In this document: positions 7,414 through 16,582 of the stretch, piece after piece | Layout: each line of letters opens with the position of its first letter | Position numbering within the stretch: the first letter of the stretch is position 1 | Assembly (NCBI RefSeq): GCF_000092105.1 | Contig: NC_014148.1 | Location: forward strand, 3,600,001-3,632,000 | Source of the DNA: Planctopirus limnophila DSM 3776 | GTDB taxonomy: Bacteria > Planctomycetota > Planctomycetia > Planctomycetales > Planctomycetaceae | Length of the DNA: 32,000 nt | Direction: 5' to 3' | Made by a program: the position numbers and the translations under genes | The notes under the pieces: generated by a model | What the model was told of the DNA's origin: nothing | The model's database searches: none | What the model saw: only the letters and a program-made list of their open reading frames with translations

Positions 7414-9777
7414 TCAGAACTCCAGCACCACATCGGCCAGCCGGGTTCGATCACCCGATTGCCGCAATTCTTCGAGCAGTGACCGCACATCGGGCACGAG
7501 AAAATCCCGGAACTTGCGACTGTTATTGATGGTGATGTTCACTCGCTCATCGATCTGAAAAGCTTCAGCGGCCAGTCGCACCACATGCCTTTTACCGGGC
7601 GAGGTAATGTACACGCTGTTCCCGGGCGTAATGCGGAACTTCATGATCTGTGGCGAAGGGAGGGTGGTTCCCGCAGGTTGCGGGATGATCAGCGTGCGCG
7701 GGAGATCGATCACACTCAGGCCAAAACAGCGGGAATCCGTCTTGCGAAGTGAAAGCCACTCGATATCTGCCGGAGCCGTACTGCGCGGATGCAGTTCCAT
7801 CCACTCGAACATGCGCGACATTTCGTCGGAGTACATTTCGAGGCCCCGGCCGTGAATCTGCACCAGCATGAGGTCATGCCGAAATCCCTCTTTGAACATG
7901 AACTCCAGCACATTGGCATTAATGCTCAACAAATCGCGGTCGAGCTCACCAGCCACCACGTACCAACTGGTGAAGCGAGCATTCCCTTTGCTGTATTTGC
8001 AGTAAGTATCAGCCCTGCCGCAAATGGGGATCACACCGGCAAACTCATCCGCATGCGACATCCCCATATCGAAGGCAGCGTCACCGCCCATGGCATGCCC
8101 GGCCAGATACACACGATCGGCATCGACGGAAAAACGCCCGCGCGCATCCGCGAGAGCGGCCAGCACCTTCAAATGGGCCACTCCTTCCCCATTGTATTTT
8201 GTCGCACCATCCGGCACATATTCCGGGGCAATCACAATAAACCCCCGGCGGCGGGCATTTCCGGGACGATCAGCAGTTCCCGCCCACCAGGTCGCAATGG
8301 CGGCTGTTGTGCGATCTTCCGGCCTTAAGGCGACAATCATCGGATAGCGATGAGCCGGGTCATACTCGGGTGGCAAAATCGCCTGATAATGAAAAATCAC
8401 TTCTCCGTTATCGCTGCGAAGTGTGATCTTGAGCATGTCATTGGCCAGGGGTTCCAGCACCTCGCCATCTGCCGAGATAACCTGACCAGGTTCCAGACCC
8501 GCCGAATCCCGAAAAGGTGGCAATTGAGGAATCATCTGGCGGATCGATTTCCAGCCCACTCCTTCGAGGGCTGTAAGCTGCCGGAGTGTATTCTCGCGGG
8601 TTTCTGATGATTCGGCTTTGAGGTACTGCAATACGAGCTGCTGGGCATCCCACAACACCATGGTCTTGGCCAGATCGGTAGAAGCACCGACCGATCCAAA
8701 CACCCATCCTGAAAAGGCGAGTGCGAGCTTTTCTTCTGCGGAAAGAGTGGAGTCTTTGTCGGACCTCAAAAAGGCTTCCAGCCTCGGCAACGTCTCAAAC
8801 GACAGACCATGGCTCACCTCCGACCTGAGAAGTGCCACACGCTCACGCAGCTCGCGATTCGCGATTTGTGCCTGATACTCACCCAACAGCAGGCGGGCCA
8901 GTTCGATCTGCTGGCGAGCCAGATCATACTGCTTGATAAAGGCCTCGATATCCCGCATCACCACTGGGCCCAGTTGCTCGGCAGGGGCCAGCCTGGCCAC
9001 GCTTTCGGCGAGCTGATGTTGACCTTGCTTCTTTCGCTCCTGCAGTTGTTTCACGAACTGTCGCCCGCGCAATTGAATCAGTTCGACCCGCATACGATCG
9101 ACCTGATCTTTGAGTTCGGGAAACTCCATCGCAACAGATTCCAACTCCTTTTGAGCTTCGGCATAGAGCTCGCCCTGCAGATAAAACCGGACAATCGCCA
9201 GTCGATCTTTGGGTCGAGTCGGGTCAATCGCCTTCCTCAGGATGTCACTCAGGATTTCCGTCGGCAAACTACTGGTTGCCACACCCGATTCCCACTGATG
9301 GGTGAGTGCATCAATGAGTGCGTATTTCGGGGTTAATCGACTGATCCCCTGAATCACATTCTCCGGCCCTTTTTGTGTGAGAATTTCCAGCCGCCGCCGG
9401 CCAAACTCATCAAAAGACGTCACATTTCGAAAGCCACCCAATTGAGCCAGCACCTGCTGCTTGCCGGTTTTATGATGCTTGAGCTCAAAGACTTCCCACG
9501 GGAACAGATCGGGCTGACCGACGGTTTTTTCTGCATCAGGGATCTGGCGTGTCGGTACAAAAATCTTTTGCCAGCCGGCATCCACCATAATGATGGGATA
9601 GATCGGAATCGGCCCCGGCGTCTTGGCCTGAAGTTGCGCAAGCCCCTGGATCGGTGTCGCCTTGCCGCTGATGATCATGCCATTCTTCAGGCGAATCTCA
9701 GCCCCGTGGGCACAGATCGCTTGATCGAAGCCGTTTGCCAGAAACATCACGAGAGCCATCAGGGCCATGAGTCTCAT
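7414..9777 (-). CDS. Secreted protein with a helical/TPR-like middle region and a C-terminal alpha/beta-hydrolase (esterase/PHB-depolymerase-like) fold; nucleophile position is Ala
   Basis: The signal-peptide-like N-terminus MRLMALMALVMFLANGFDQAICAHG begins at the ATG at 9777; the tracked start at 9864 is TTG. The hydrolase-like block is YPMIVALRPE...RRGFIVIAPEY...DRVYLAGHAMGGDAAFDMG...VVAGELDRD. Confidence 0.85.
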   Translation of the reverse strand: MRLMALMALVMFLANGFDQAICAHGAEIRLKNGMIISGKATPIQGLAQLQAKTPGPIPIYPIIMVDAGWQKIFVPTRQIPDAEKTVGQPDLFPWEVFELKHHKTGKQQVLAQLGGFRNVTSFDEFGRRRLEILTQKGPENVIQGISRLTPKYALIDALTHQWESGVATSSLPTEILSDILRKAIDPTRPKDRLAIVRFYLQGELYAEAQKELESVAMEFPELKDQVDRMRVELIQLRGRQFVKQLQERKKQGQHQLAESVARLAPAEQLGPVVMRDIEAFIKQYDLARQQIELARLLLGEYQAQIANRELRERVALLRSEVSHGLSFETLPRLEAFLRSDKDSTLSAEEKLALAFSGWVFGSVGASTDLAKTMVLWDAQQLVLQYLKAESSETRENTLRQLTALEGVGWKSIRQMIPQLPPFRDSAGLEPGQVISADGEVLEPLANDMLKITLRSDNGEVIFHYQAILPPEYDPAHRYPMIVALRPEDRTTAAIATWWAGTADRPGNARRRGFIVIAPEYVPDGATKYNGEGVAHLKVLAALADARGRFSVDADRVYLAGHAMGGDAAFDMGMSHADEFAGVIPICGRADTYCKYSKGNARFTSWYVVAGELDRDLLSINANVLEFMFKEGFRHDLMLVQIHGRGLEMYSDEMSRMFEWMELHPRSTAPADIEWLSLRKTDSRCFGLSVIDLPRTLIIPQPAGTTLPSPQIMKFRITPGNSVYITSPGKRHVVRLAAEAFQIDERVNITINNSRKFRDFLVPDVRSLLEELRQSGDRTRLADVVLEF

Positions 9778-9963
9778 CAGTTGGTTGAAAGATGAGATCC
9801 ACACTTTCAGCTCTTCCTCTTGTCCTCGAATTCGCAAAGTCTTTGACCGCCACACTTCAGTCAACCACTTTCATCAGCAGTGAGTATCAGCGAAAAATTG
9901 AGATCTGCAAAGAGGTTTATCGGCTCTGTCCTGCCGAGTGTAGCAGAACCTTTCCCTGATCCA

Positions 9964-10023
9964 GTTTGTCCAGGCATAACTTGTCCTGGCAATGTTTGAC
10001 CTTGCAAAGTTTGTCCTGGCAAA
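9964..10023. repeat. Four tandem copies of a ~15-bp near-palindromic unit (consensus GTTTGTCCTGGCAAA)
   Basis: The units are GTTTGTCCAGGCATAA, CTTGTCCTGGCAAT, GTTTGACCTTGCAAA and GTTTGTCCTGGCAAA. They lie immediately next to the stop codon (10029-10031) of the giant gene and about 190-250 bp upstream of the ATG at 9777. Confidence 0.7.
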
Positions 10024-10028
10024 GTCTC

Positions 10029-13000
10029 TCACGGGACAGGTTCCGCCGGAATGATCTCTGGAAGTTTTCTTTCTCCCGGCTTTTTGCCATGTTCTATCGG
10101 GGCAAAATCCATTTCGAGCATCCATGCGAACAGATGTACCACCAGACGGCGATCGTCAGGTTGCTGCTGAATCACATAACCACCCGTGGTTTGAGGTTCG
10201 ACAGTCCCATACACCAGCTGACCCGTCCGATGATCCACCACACTCACGCGCAGTTCACTCTTCAGAAAGACTCGCCCATCGACTGTCCGGGGCGGTTGTG
10301 TCACCCGTGCCCAGAAGACACTGATGGGCAACTCTCCCAATTGATGGGGATCAATGGCTGTCTGCGGCACCGAAACCATCCACTCGACTCCCCCGATCTT
10401 CGCATCAATTCCATAAAACATTCCATCCACCGGGATCGCTGTCAGTTCGGCCCCAATGACACGCAAGCCATCCGAAGGATCCACTTCCTGACTGGCTACA
10501 ACCAGATACTGATCAGACTTACGCCTGACAATCAGTGGCCCGCTGGATAAACCTTCATCAATTTTCGAAGCGATCACCTGCCTCTTCGATACACGCTCGA
10601 AAATCAGCAATTGACCACCGGCATCAAGCGTCGCAATCTGCGGATATCGATTTTCCCGAGCATCCGGCCCATGCCGAAAATCCAGATCGCTCCGGCTGGC
10701 CGGCTCGACCATCGCCACACTGGTCGTCATCGGCAAGGTCTCGGTCCAGTTCAACTCGGGCTGCAGCCAGTTGTGATAATTCAGCAGCAGGTTTGCCTCC
10801 GTCCTCACCAGACTGACGGTTTCACTCCCTCGCTGCCACAGCCGATCTGTGGCGATCGGCCCCGCCACTTCCGTCAGAAGATCACCACTCCGAAGGCCAT
10901 ACACCGATGTATTGCCCGTCGGGTGTTCATACAACGTGACCGCCTTTTCATCGATCGTCACTTCGACCATGCGCGGTAGATTCTGGCGGCTCCAAACGAT
11001 TTCTCCCGTGGTAACATCTGCCGCAAATAGCCGGGTTCCGATCTGATAAATTACCAGATCGCCAGAGACTCCATGAACCTGGCCCGAAGACAAGCCCATC
11101 TGGTCAACGACTAAAGGAAACCGCCGTCCATTGGGGTACTTCATGATCTGCGAAGTAATGGCTCGGCTGGCCATCGAATTCGCTCCATTCGGCAGAAGTT
11201 TTCTTTGCCACAGGATGCGTGGCCCGGCTGGATCAGAAAGCGGATCGACAACGGTAAAATGCCCACCCAAAGGAAAGACCAGCAGACTGCCCGATGAGAA
11301 GACCTGGTGCCACCGCATGTTTCCACCGAACTGCAGATGATTCATCGCCGTCCCGTCTCGTTCCAGATACGACGTCGGGATCTGCCAGCGGAAATTTCCC
11401 AGTGGATCCACCGCCACAATGTGCAGCACACTGGCATCCATTTCAAAGTTCCAGTCATCCGTCAGCAGCGAGCGACCACCCATCTGCTCAATTGGCATGC
11501 GACGAATCATTCCCGGCGGTGCAGGCTTTCTCCGCGTGTCGGTAATCACTCCGTGCCAGTAGGGAATCTCACTTTCAGCCCGCAAAAACCGACCATCTGC
11601 CTGCAAAGCCACCAGCGACTCTGCTCCGGAAAATTCCTCCCGGGAGCCTGCAATCTGTCCCAGAAGAGGAAAGAGCTTGACGGCCCAGTCGGCCTTCCCC
11701 TGCCGGGTGAGTAACTCCATCCAACGGGCCGTAGCCAATGCGCGCAGTGGATGTCCTTCGGTCATGACAATCGAACTCAGCCATTGCTCGGAAACAACGG
11801 GATCGTCCAGAAATATGGGAGACTTGATGAGTTCACCCATGGCCTCAACCATCTCGGGCGAAGTCATGCCAAATACTCGCGCCAGAATCAGCAAACGCTC
11901 AGCGCGATCTTCCATTGGCAAACTTTCCGCCAGCTTGACATCTTCAGCCACCTGACGATTCACCTGCTCAAGTCCCCGCTGGCGTGCTTCTCCCCGCAAA
12001 CGAGAAAATGTCATGGCTAACCTGTCAGACAAAAAGTGATCGAGCCGACATGACCAGTCACCATTCACAAGCATCGCCTCAGGCTCTTCTCGTCCCTGGG
12101 CTCGCCACAATCTCAAAATGGCAGCCAGTGCCGCCTCATGTTCCTGCCGGGCTGTAAAACCATTCGCCAGTCGATGGAGGTAGATCCCCTTTTGTCGAGC
12201 CGAAAGTTGATACTGGTCCAGTCGATCACCCGCAGCCCGATATTTTTCAAAATCGGATTGCAGGCCATCAAGAATCACATCAATGAGCAGTTGCCGATTG
12301 CGTGGGTCATCACTCTTCGCAGCGGCCGCCTGCAGGTCTTCAAAACCGGCATCTGTCGCCCCTCGGAAGAGCAGCATCGCGCCCCGCAGTCCCAGCCCGG
12401 CGGGCCTGGTCTCTTCCTGGGCGAGTAGTTCCTTGACTCGCTGTTCGACACGATGCACCGACTGAAAGACCGTCACACCATCCATCCCCTGCATCACCAA
12501 CCGGTCACCCGCCGCCACCAGATTTCCCATCGCGGATTGGGGTTCGACAGTTGCCCTTGCCAGATGCCTTCCCGTGACAGCATCAATCACGACAATCTCC
12601 TGATCATCCTGCGGCACATACAGCACTTCACCTGCCAGCACAGGTACGCCCACAGGCGTCGAAATCACAGTGGCAGAACCCCACAAGGCTTCACCATTTT
12701 CCAGCGAAAGCGCCTGCACTCCCGAACGACTGACCAGCACCAGGTGATCACGCACCACGCCAGCGGCATACAACCCGTCTTCTCGCGGTTTTTTCCACAG
12801 GAGCTGACCACTGGCCAGATTCACACAATGCAATTCATTCGATTCACGAGGTGTCAGAATCACTCGCTGGCCATGCACTAAAGGCAGGCTATCCAGCCAG
12901 CGGCTCGATTCTTCATCAGCATTCCCTCCCGGCGGCTGCCCCATCACCTGAGCCACGAACAAACCTCGCTGATCAGCCTGCAAACTGGGTGTGGTCACTG

Positions 13001-14906
13001 CAAAGCTGTAAGTCCAGACGAGTTGCCTCCTTAAAGGATCGACGGCCACCACCCGGCCCGCACCTGTCGGGCAGACCAGCAATCCCTGCAGAGCCGAAGG
13101 CGTCAAACCGGCAATACTTCGAATCGCTCCACCAGAAAGATCGGTTTCAGCCGTCACTAGTGGCTGGATCCAGCGGATTACGAACTCACCAGCACTCACT
13201 CGAGGCTCACGAGCAACGGCTGCATCCGCTGCGTCCGCTTCGACATCACGAACTTGTTCCAGTACGACCAGCCGAATCTCACCCGCCGCCTCATGCAGTG
13301 CATACAACAATCCTCCCAAAGGAAGCGGCGGCCCGAGAAAAAAACCATCTGCCAAAGGATCCTGATCTCCCTCGGCTTCTCGAAATTGAGCCTCCTCCCC
13401 CTGCGGAATGCGGCGACGCCCTCCCAGTTCGGCAATCAGCCGGCCCGTCGCCAGTTCATGCACTCGGAGCAGATTCGTCTTGGGCTCCGAGAACAGATTT
13501 CGGACAATCTGCCCATTCGCAAACGGGTTCGGCGGAATGGGCAAACCGACGGTCGAATAAACATTTCGACCATCCGTCGACATCGAACCCCACGTCGCAT
13601 CGCGGTACATCCGTTGCTGCAAAAATTTCGTGACCTGACCCATCAGCCCCAACTGCACTGCAGCGGCATCCTCACTACGCGGAGATTCCCCCAGACTCCG
13701 CAAGGCTGTCAGCAGCCCGGCATCCATATCTGCCGAGATCCACTTCAGACTACCGGTGGAAATGTCAAAAGCAGCCAGTGCATCAGGCAAACGCACCACC
13801 AGATGATTCCCGGAAACGAGCGGCTGTGCGGCGGGTATTCTTAGTTTCTGCTCTTCTCGCAAACCATTATCAATCTGGTCAATCAACGATTGCCATTGAA
13901 TCTCGGTCGACTTCATCATCGATGCCTGAGACCTCAACGATGTCGAAAGCTGATACGAGGTGGTCCATGCCGGTGCACCGGCCAAAGTCGCGGGCAGCGA
14001 AAGCCCCGTCCGCGAGGCAATCCCCCGAACCATCGGCCAGTCGGCTGGCAGAGTTCCCGCTTCACTTAGAATAAGAGCAACCTTTGACAGCTCTCCCGCA
14101 CCAGCAGGGTTCATCGCCGAAATCACATCGCGATAGCGAGAAAGCCTGGGCTCCAGCCGCTTGCCACGCTCTCCTTTGGGCAATAGTGCCAGCCAGCGGG
14201 AAGCTTCCCACGGCCTTCCCAAATCAATCGCGCGACCACTCAACCATAAAGCCGCATCCTCGCCAGCCGCAGTCCCGGCATATTCACGCGCCAGCTTCAT
14301 CAGCAAGAGCACATCACCGGCCCGCAAGGCCTCATTCACCAACGGACGGCCTGCGGAACCCAGCTGCAACTCGAGTTGCTTGCGGCCTTCTTCAGGCAAC
14401 AATAAAAGACGCTGAATCGCCTCTTCATGCATGGATCGCAATCCCTCGCGATCCAGAAAATAGTCTTCATCCTGCCGTAGAATAAACCCCAGCCGCCCCA
14501 AGGCTGGGACATAGTCTTCGGTCATCAGATTGATATCGGCTTCTTCGAGAGCGTTCGCCAGCTCGCGCCGCGGTGGAATCGTTTGTGATCCTTGCGAAGG
14601 ATCAACTCCATTCATCGGCGTCGGATTGAATTGCGGCGCCAGAATCACCCGACCGTTCACCGGAAGAGGGCCATTAATTGGGCCCGGATTCGGCACGACT
14701 CGATTCGGCGGCACAACCTGGGCCATCACAGGGTGATCGATCGCGTTCCCCGCAAAACCACTCACCCACCAAAGACCGAACGCCAGCATCACGGCAGAAA
14801 TCAAAATGCGTGCCCACTTCGGCAATGTCCACCTTGGCTGCGCCCCCAGGTCATTGCGGGGCAATCTGGCCAATGCGTGCTGCTCTCGCTTCATTTGTCG
14901 AACCAT
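10029..14906 (-). CDS. Giant membrane-anchored PQQ-like (BamB-type) multi-beta-propeller repeat protein (~1625 aa)
   Basis: Many PQQ-like propeller blade motifs recur (GSLKWIS, RQLVWTYSF, GQLLWKKPRE, GEALWGS, GEIVWSRQN, ILWQRKL). The N-terminal TM helix is WARILISAVMLAFGLWWVSGF. The likely start is the ATG at 14906 or 14894; the tracked start at 15044 adds an implausible Cys/Trp-rich leader. Confidence 0.88.
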   Translation of the reverse strand: MVRQMKREQHALARLPRNDLGAQPRWTLPKWARILISAVMLAFGLWWVSGFAGNAIDHPVMAQVVPPNRVVPNPGPINGPLPVNGRVILAPQFNPTPMNGVDPSQGSQTIPPRRELANALEEADINLMTEDYVPALGRLGFILRQDEDYFLDREGLRSMHEEAIQRLLLLPEEGRKQLELQLGSAGRPLVNEALRAGDVLLLMKLAREYAGTAAGEDAALWLSGRAIDLGRPWEASRWLALLPKGERGKRLEPRLSRYRDVISAMNPAGAGELSKVALILSEAGTLPADWPMVRGIASRTGLSLPATLAGAPAWTTSYQLSTSLRSQASMMKSTEIQWQSLIDQIDNGLREEQKLRIPAAQPLVSGNHLVVRLPDALAAFDISTGSLKWISADMDAGLLTALRSLGESPRSEDAAAVQLGLMGQVTKFLQQRMYRDATWGSMSTDGRNVYSTVGLPIPPNPFANGQIVRNLFSEPKTNLLRVHELATGRLIAELGGRRRIPQGEEAQFREAEGDQDPLADGFFLGPPLPLGGLLYALHEAAGEIRLVVLEQVRDVEADAADAAVAREPRVSAGEFVIRWIQPLVTAETDLSGGAIRSIAGLTPSALQGLLVCPTGAGRVVAVDPLRRQLVWTYSFAVTTPSLQADQRGLFVAQVMGQPPGGNADEESSRWLDSLPLVHGQRVILTPRESNELHCVNLASGQLLWKKPREDGLYAAGVVRDHLVLVSRSGVQALSLENGEALWGSATVISTPVGVPVLAGEVLYVPQDDQEIVVIDAVTGRHLARATVEPQSAMGNLVAAGDRLVMQGMDGVTVFQSVHRVEQRVKELLAQEETRPAGLGLRGAMLLFRGATDAGFEDLQAAAAKSDDPRNRQLLIDVILDGLQSDFEKYRAAGDRLDQYQLSARQKGIYLHRLANGFTARQEHEAALAAILRLWRAQGREEPEAMLVNGDWSCRLDHFLSDRLAMTFSRLRGEARQRGLEQVNRQVAEDVKLAESLPMEDRAERLLILARVFGMTSPEMVEAMGELIKSPIFLDDPVVSEQWLSSIVMTEGHPLRALATARWMELLTRQGKADWAVKLFPLLGQIAGSREEFSGAESLVALQADGRFLRAESEIPYWHGVITDTRRKPAPPGMIRRMPIEQMGGRSLLTDDWNFEMDASVLHIVAVDPLGNFRWQIPTSYLERDGTAMNHLQFGGNMRWHQVFSSGSLLVFPLGGHFTVVDPLSDPAGPRILWQRKLLPNGANSMASRAITSQIMKYPNGRRFPLVVDQMGLSSGQVHGVSGDLVIYQIGTRLFAADVTTGEIVWSRQNLPRMVEVTIDEKAVTLYEHPTGNTSVYGLRSGDLLTEVAGPIATDRLWQRGSETVSLVRTEANLLLNYHNWLQPELNWTETLPMTTSVAMVEPASRSDLDFRHGPDARENRYPQIATLDAGGQLLIFERVSKRQVIASKIDEGLSSGPLIVRRKSDQYLVVASQEVDPSDGLRVIGAELTAIPVDGMFYGIDAKIGGVEWMVSVPQTAIDPHQLGELPISVFWARVTQPPRTVDGRVFLKSELRVSVVDHRTGQLVYGTVEPQTTGGYVIQQQPDDRRLVVHLFAWMLEMDFAPIEHGKKPGERKLPEIIPAEPVP

Positions 14907-15300
14907 CCTTAGCCCTCGCGAAACACTCAGCCTGCCAACCTGTTCCCACCACGGACATCCCTGCCGCACATTCGCTTGACCAACCCGCCCATCGCTCGCT
15001 TCGGCAAGGAAGCACCAGCAGCAGCCCCGCAAAAATTGCAGCAACTAGCATACCAGATCGATTGAACGACGTCAGACTTCATGAAAGACTTTACGAATTG
15101 GCTCCTCACATCATAACCGACTCGGCTTCCCGCAACAGACTTTGTTTTTTCTACCGGCTGCTCTGCCAAAATCCCTCACAGCCAAATACCTTGTTATACT
15201 TGTGACAACTTTCGCCGTTCAGGAGTCTCACGCGCTCCTCGCCCGGCTATTTCGTCTCAAATCGCTCTCCTCGCTTCTTTTGTCTCAGATCGACTGTGCC

Positions 15301-16368
15301 ATGCTGCCTCGCATCTACGAAAAATCGCCCGCCGAACTTGTCCAGTGGTGCCAGGAACAAGGTTTGCCCACCTACCGGGCCGGCCAGATTCAGCAGCAGA
15401 TCTTCCCCAATCGAGCCACACAATTTGGCGAGATGACCAACCTTCCCGCCAAACTGCGCGAGCTCCTGGCAGCTACTTTTACGCTCCTCCCCAGCGAAGT
15501 CGTAGCCCATCAGATCGCCAAAGACCGCACGGAAAAACTGCTCCTGCAGCTCCACGACGGCTCTCTCGTCGAATGCGTCCTCATGCGTGAAGACGACCGC
15601 CGCACCATCTGCATCAGCACCCAGGTCGGCTGCGGCATGGGGTGCGTCTTCTGTGCCAGCGGCCTTCTGGGCCTCAAGCGTAACCTCACCACAGGCGAGA
15701 TCCTCGAACAGGTCCTCCGCCTCGACCGCCTTCTCCCGGCTGACGAAAAACTCACCAACGTCGTCGTCATGGGAATGGGTGAACCGCTCGCCAACCTCAA
15801 GAACCTTCTACCGGCTCTCGATCGACTCACGGCCGATGATGGCCTGGGCCTGGGTGCGCGGCGTATCACTGTCTCGACGGTCGGCCTGCCCGAAAAAATC
15901 CGCGAGCTGGCCCAGACGGGCCACCAGTTCAACCTCGCCGTCTCACTCCACGCCCCGGAAGCCGAACTCCGCACCAAGCTCGTCCCGGTCAATAAGAACA
16001 TTGGGATCGAAGCCGTGCTAGAAGCGGCGGACGACTACTTCGCGATCACTGGCCGCCGGGTGAGTTATGAATATGTCCTTCTGGGTGGTATTAACGATCT
16101 CCCTGAGCACGCGAGGCAACTAGGCCATTTACTCAAATCGCGGATTGCCCACGTCAATCTGATCCCTATGAACGGAGTGAAAGAACTCCCCTTCGCCGAA
16201 CCCTCCGCTCCCCAAACGGGCGAGTTCGTCGCTATTCTGGAATCCTTCGGCGTCCCTGTCACTGTGAGGAAAAGAAAAGGCGCCGACATCGACGCCGCCT
16301 GCGGCCAACTCCGCATGAAACGCGAGCAGCAAAACCTCGTCGTGCTGAAAGCAGGACCTCAACCGTAG
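15301..16368 (+). CDS. rlmN: 23S rRNA/tRNA adenine-C2 methyltransferase RlmN (radical SAM)
   Basis: YRAGQIQQQIF in the N-terminal domain, the radical-SAM cluster CISTQVGCGMGCVFCASG, GMGEPLAN, ITVSTVG and the C-terminal DIDAACGQL. The ATG at 15301 gives the canonical N-terminus; the tracked 15142 start adds 53 non-conserved residues. Confidence 0.93.
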   Translation: MLPRIYEKSPAELVQWCQEQGLPTYRAGQIQQQIFPNRATQFGEMTNLPAKLRELLAATFTLLPSEVVAHQIAKDRTEKLLLQLHDGSLVECVLMREDDRRTICISTQVGCGMGCVFCASGLLGLKRNLTTGEILEQVLRLDRLLPADEKLTNVVVMGMGEPLANLKNLLPALDRLTADDGLGLGARRITVSTVGLPEKIRELAQTGHQFNLAVSLHAPEAELRTKLVPVNKNIGIEAVLEAADDYFAITGRRVSYEYVLLGGINDLPEHARQLGHLLKSRIAHVNLIPMNGVKELPFAEPSAPQTGEFVAILESFGVPVTVRKRKGADIDAACGQLRMKREQQNLVVLKAGPQP

Positions 16369-16388
16369 GGCAGGCCCCCGCCTACCGA
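16363..16388 (+). repeat. Hairpin-motif copy A (CCGTAG-GGCAGGCCCCCGCCTACCGA), overlapping the rlmN stop codon
   Basis: It shares CCGTAG plus 18 of 20 nt with copy B at 17379-17407. The stem is degenerate and no T-tract follows. Confidence 0.65.
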
Positions 16389-16582
16389 GCACGCAATTCA
16401 GACAAAGTTCTTGTAACTGACGTCACCGCTTTGGCGAACAGCGATCTTTCGATCTACCCCAGCCACCACCATTGCCACCCAATTGTAAGACCCGCGACGT
16501 CACATTGAAGCCAATCGCGGCACAGCATAGAACTGATACCGAGAATTCGGCACAATCCATTTTCCAGATTGACTCAAGAAAG

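Noticed and set aside
9964-10023. Tandem repeats considered as a mini CRISPR array
   Set aside because: The units are only about 15 bp and directly abutting with no spacers. No cas genes are in the window.
15301-16368. A radical-SAM enzyme as a possible maturase, making the Cys-rich ORF a RiPP precursor (SCIFF/ranthipeptide-like)
   Set aside because: The protein has the full RlmN architecture, including the C-terminal catalytic Cys motif. It is 8 kb away on the opposite strand, and no peptidase or transporter genes accompany the Cys-rich ORF.
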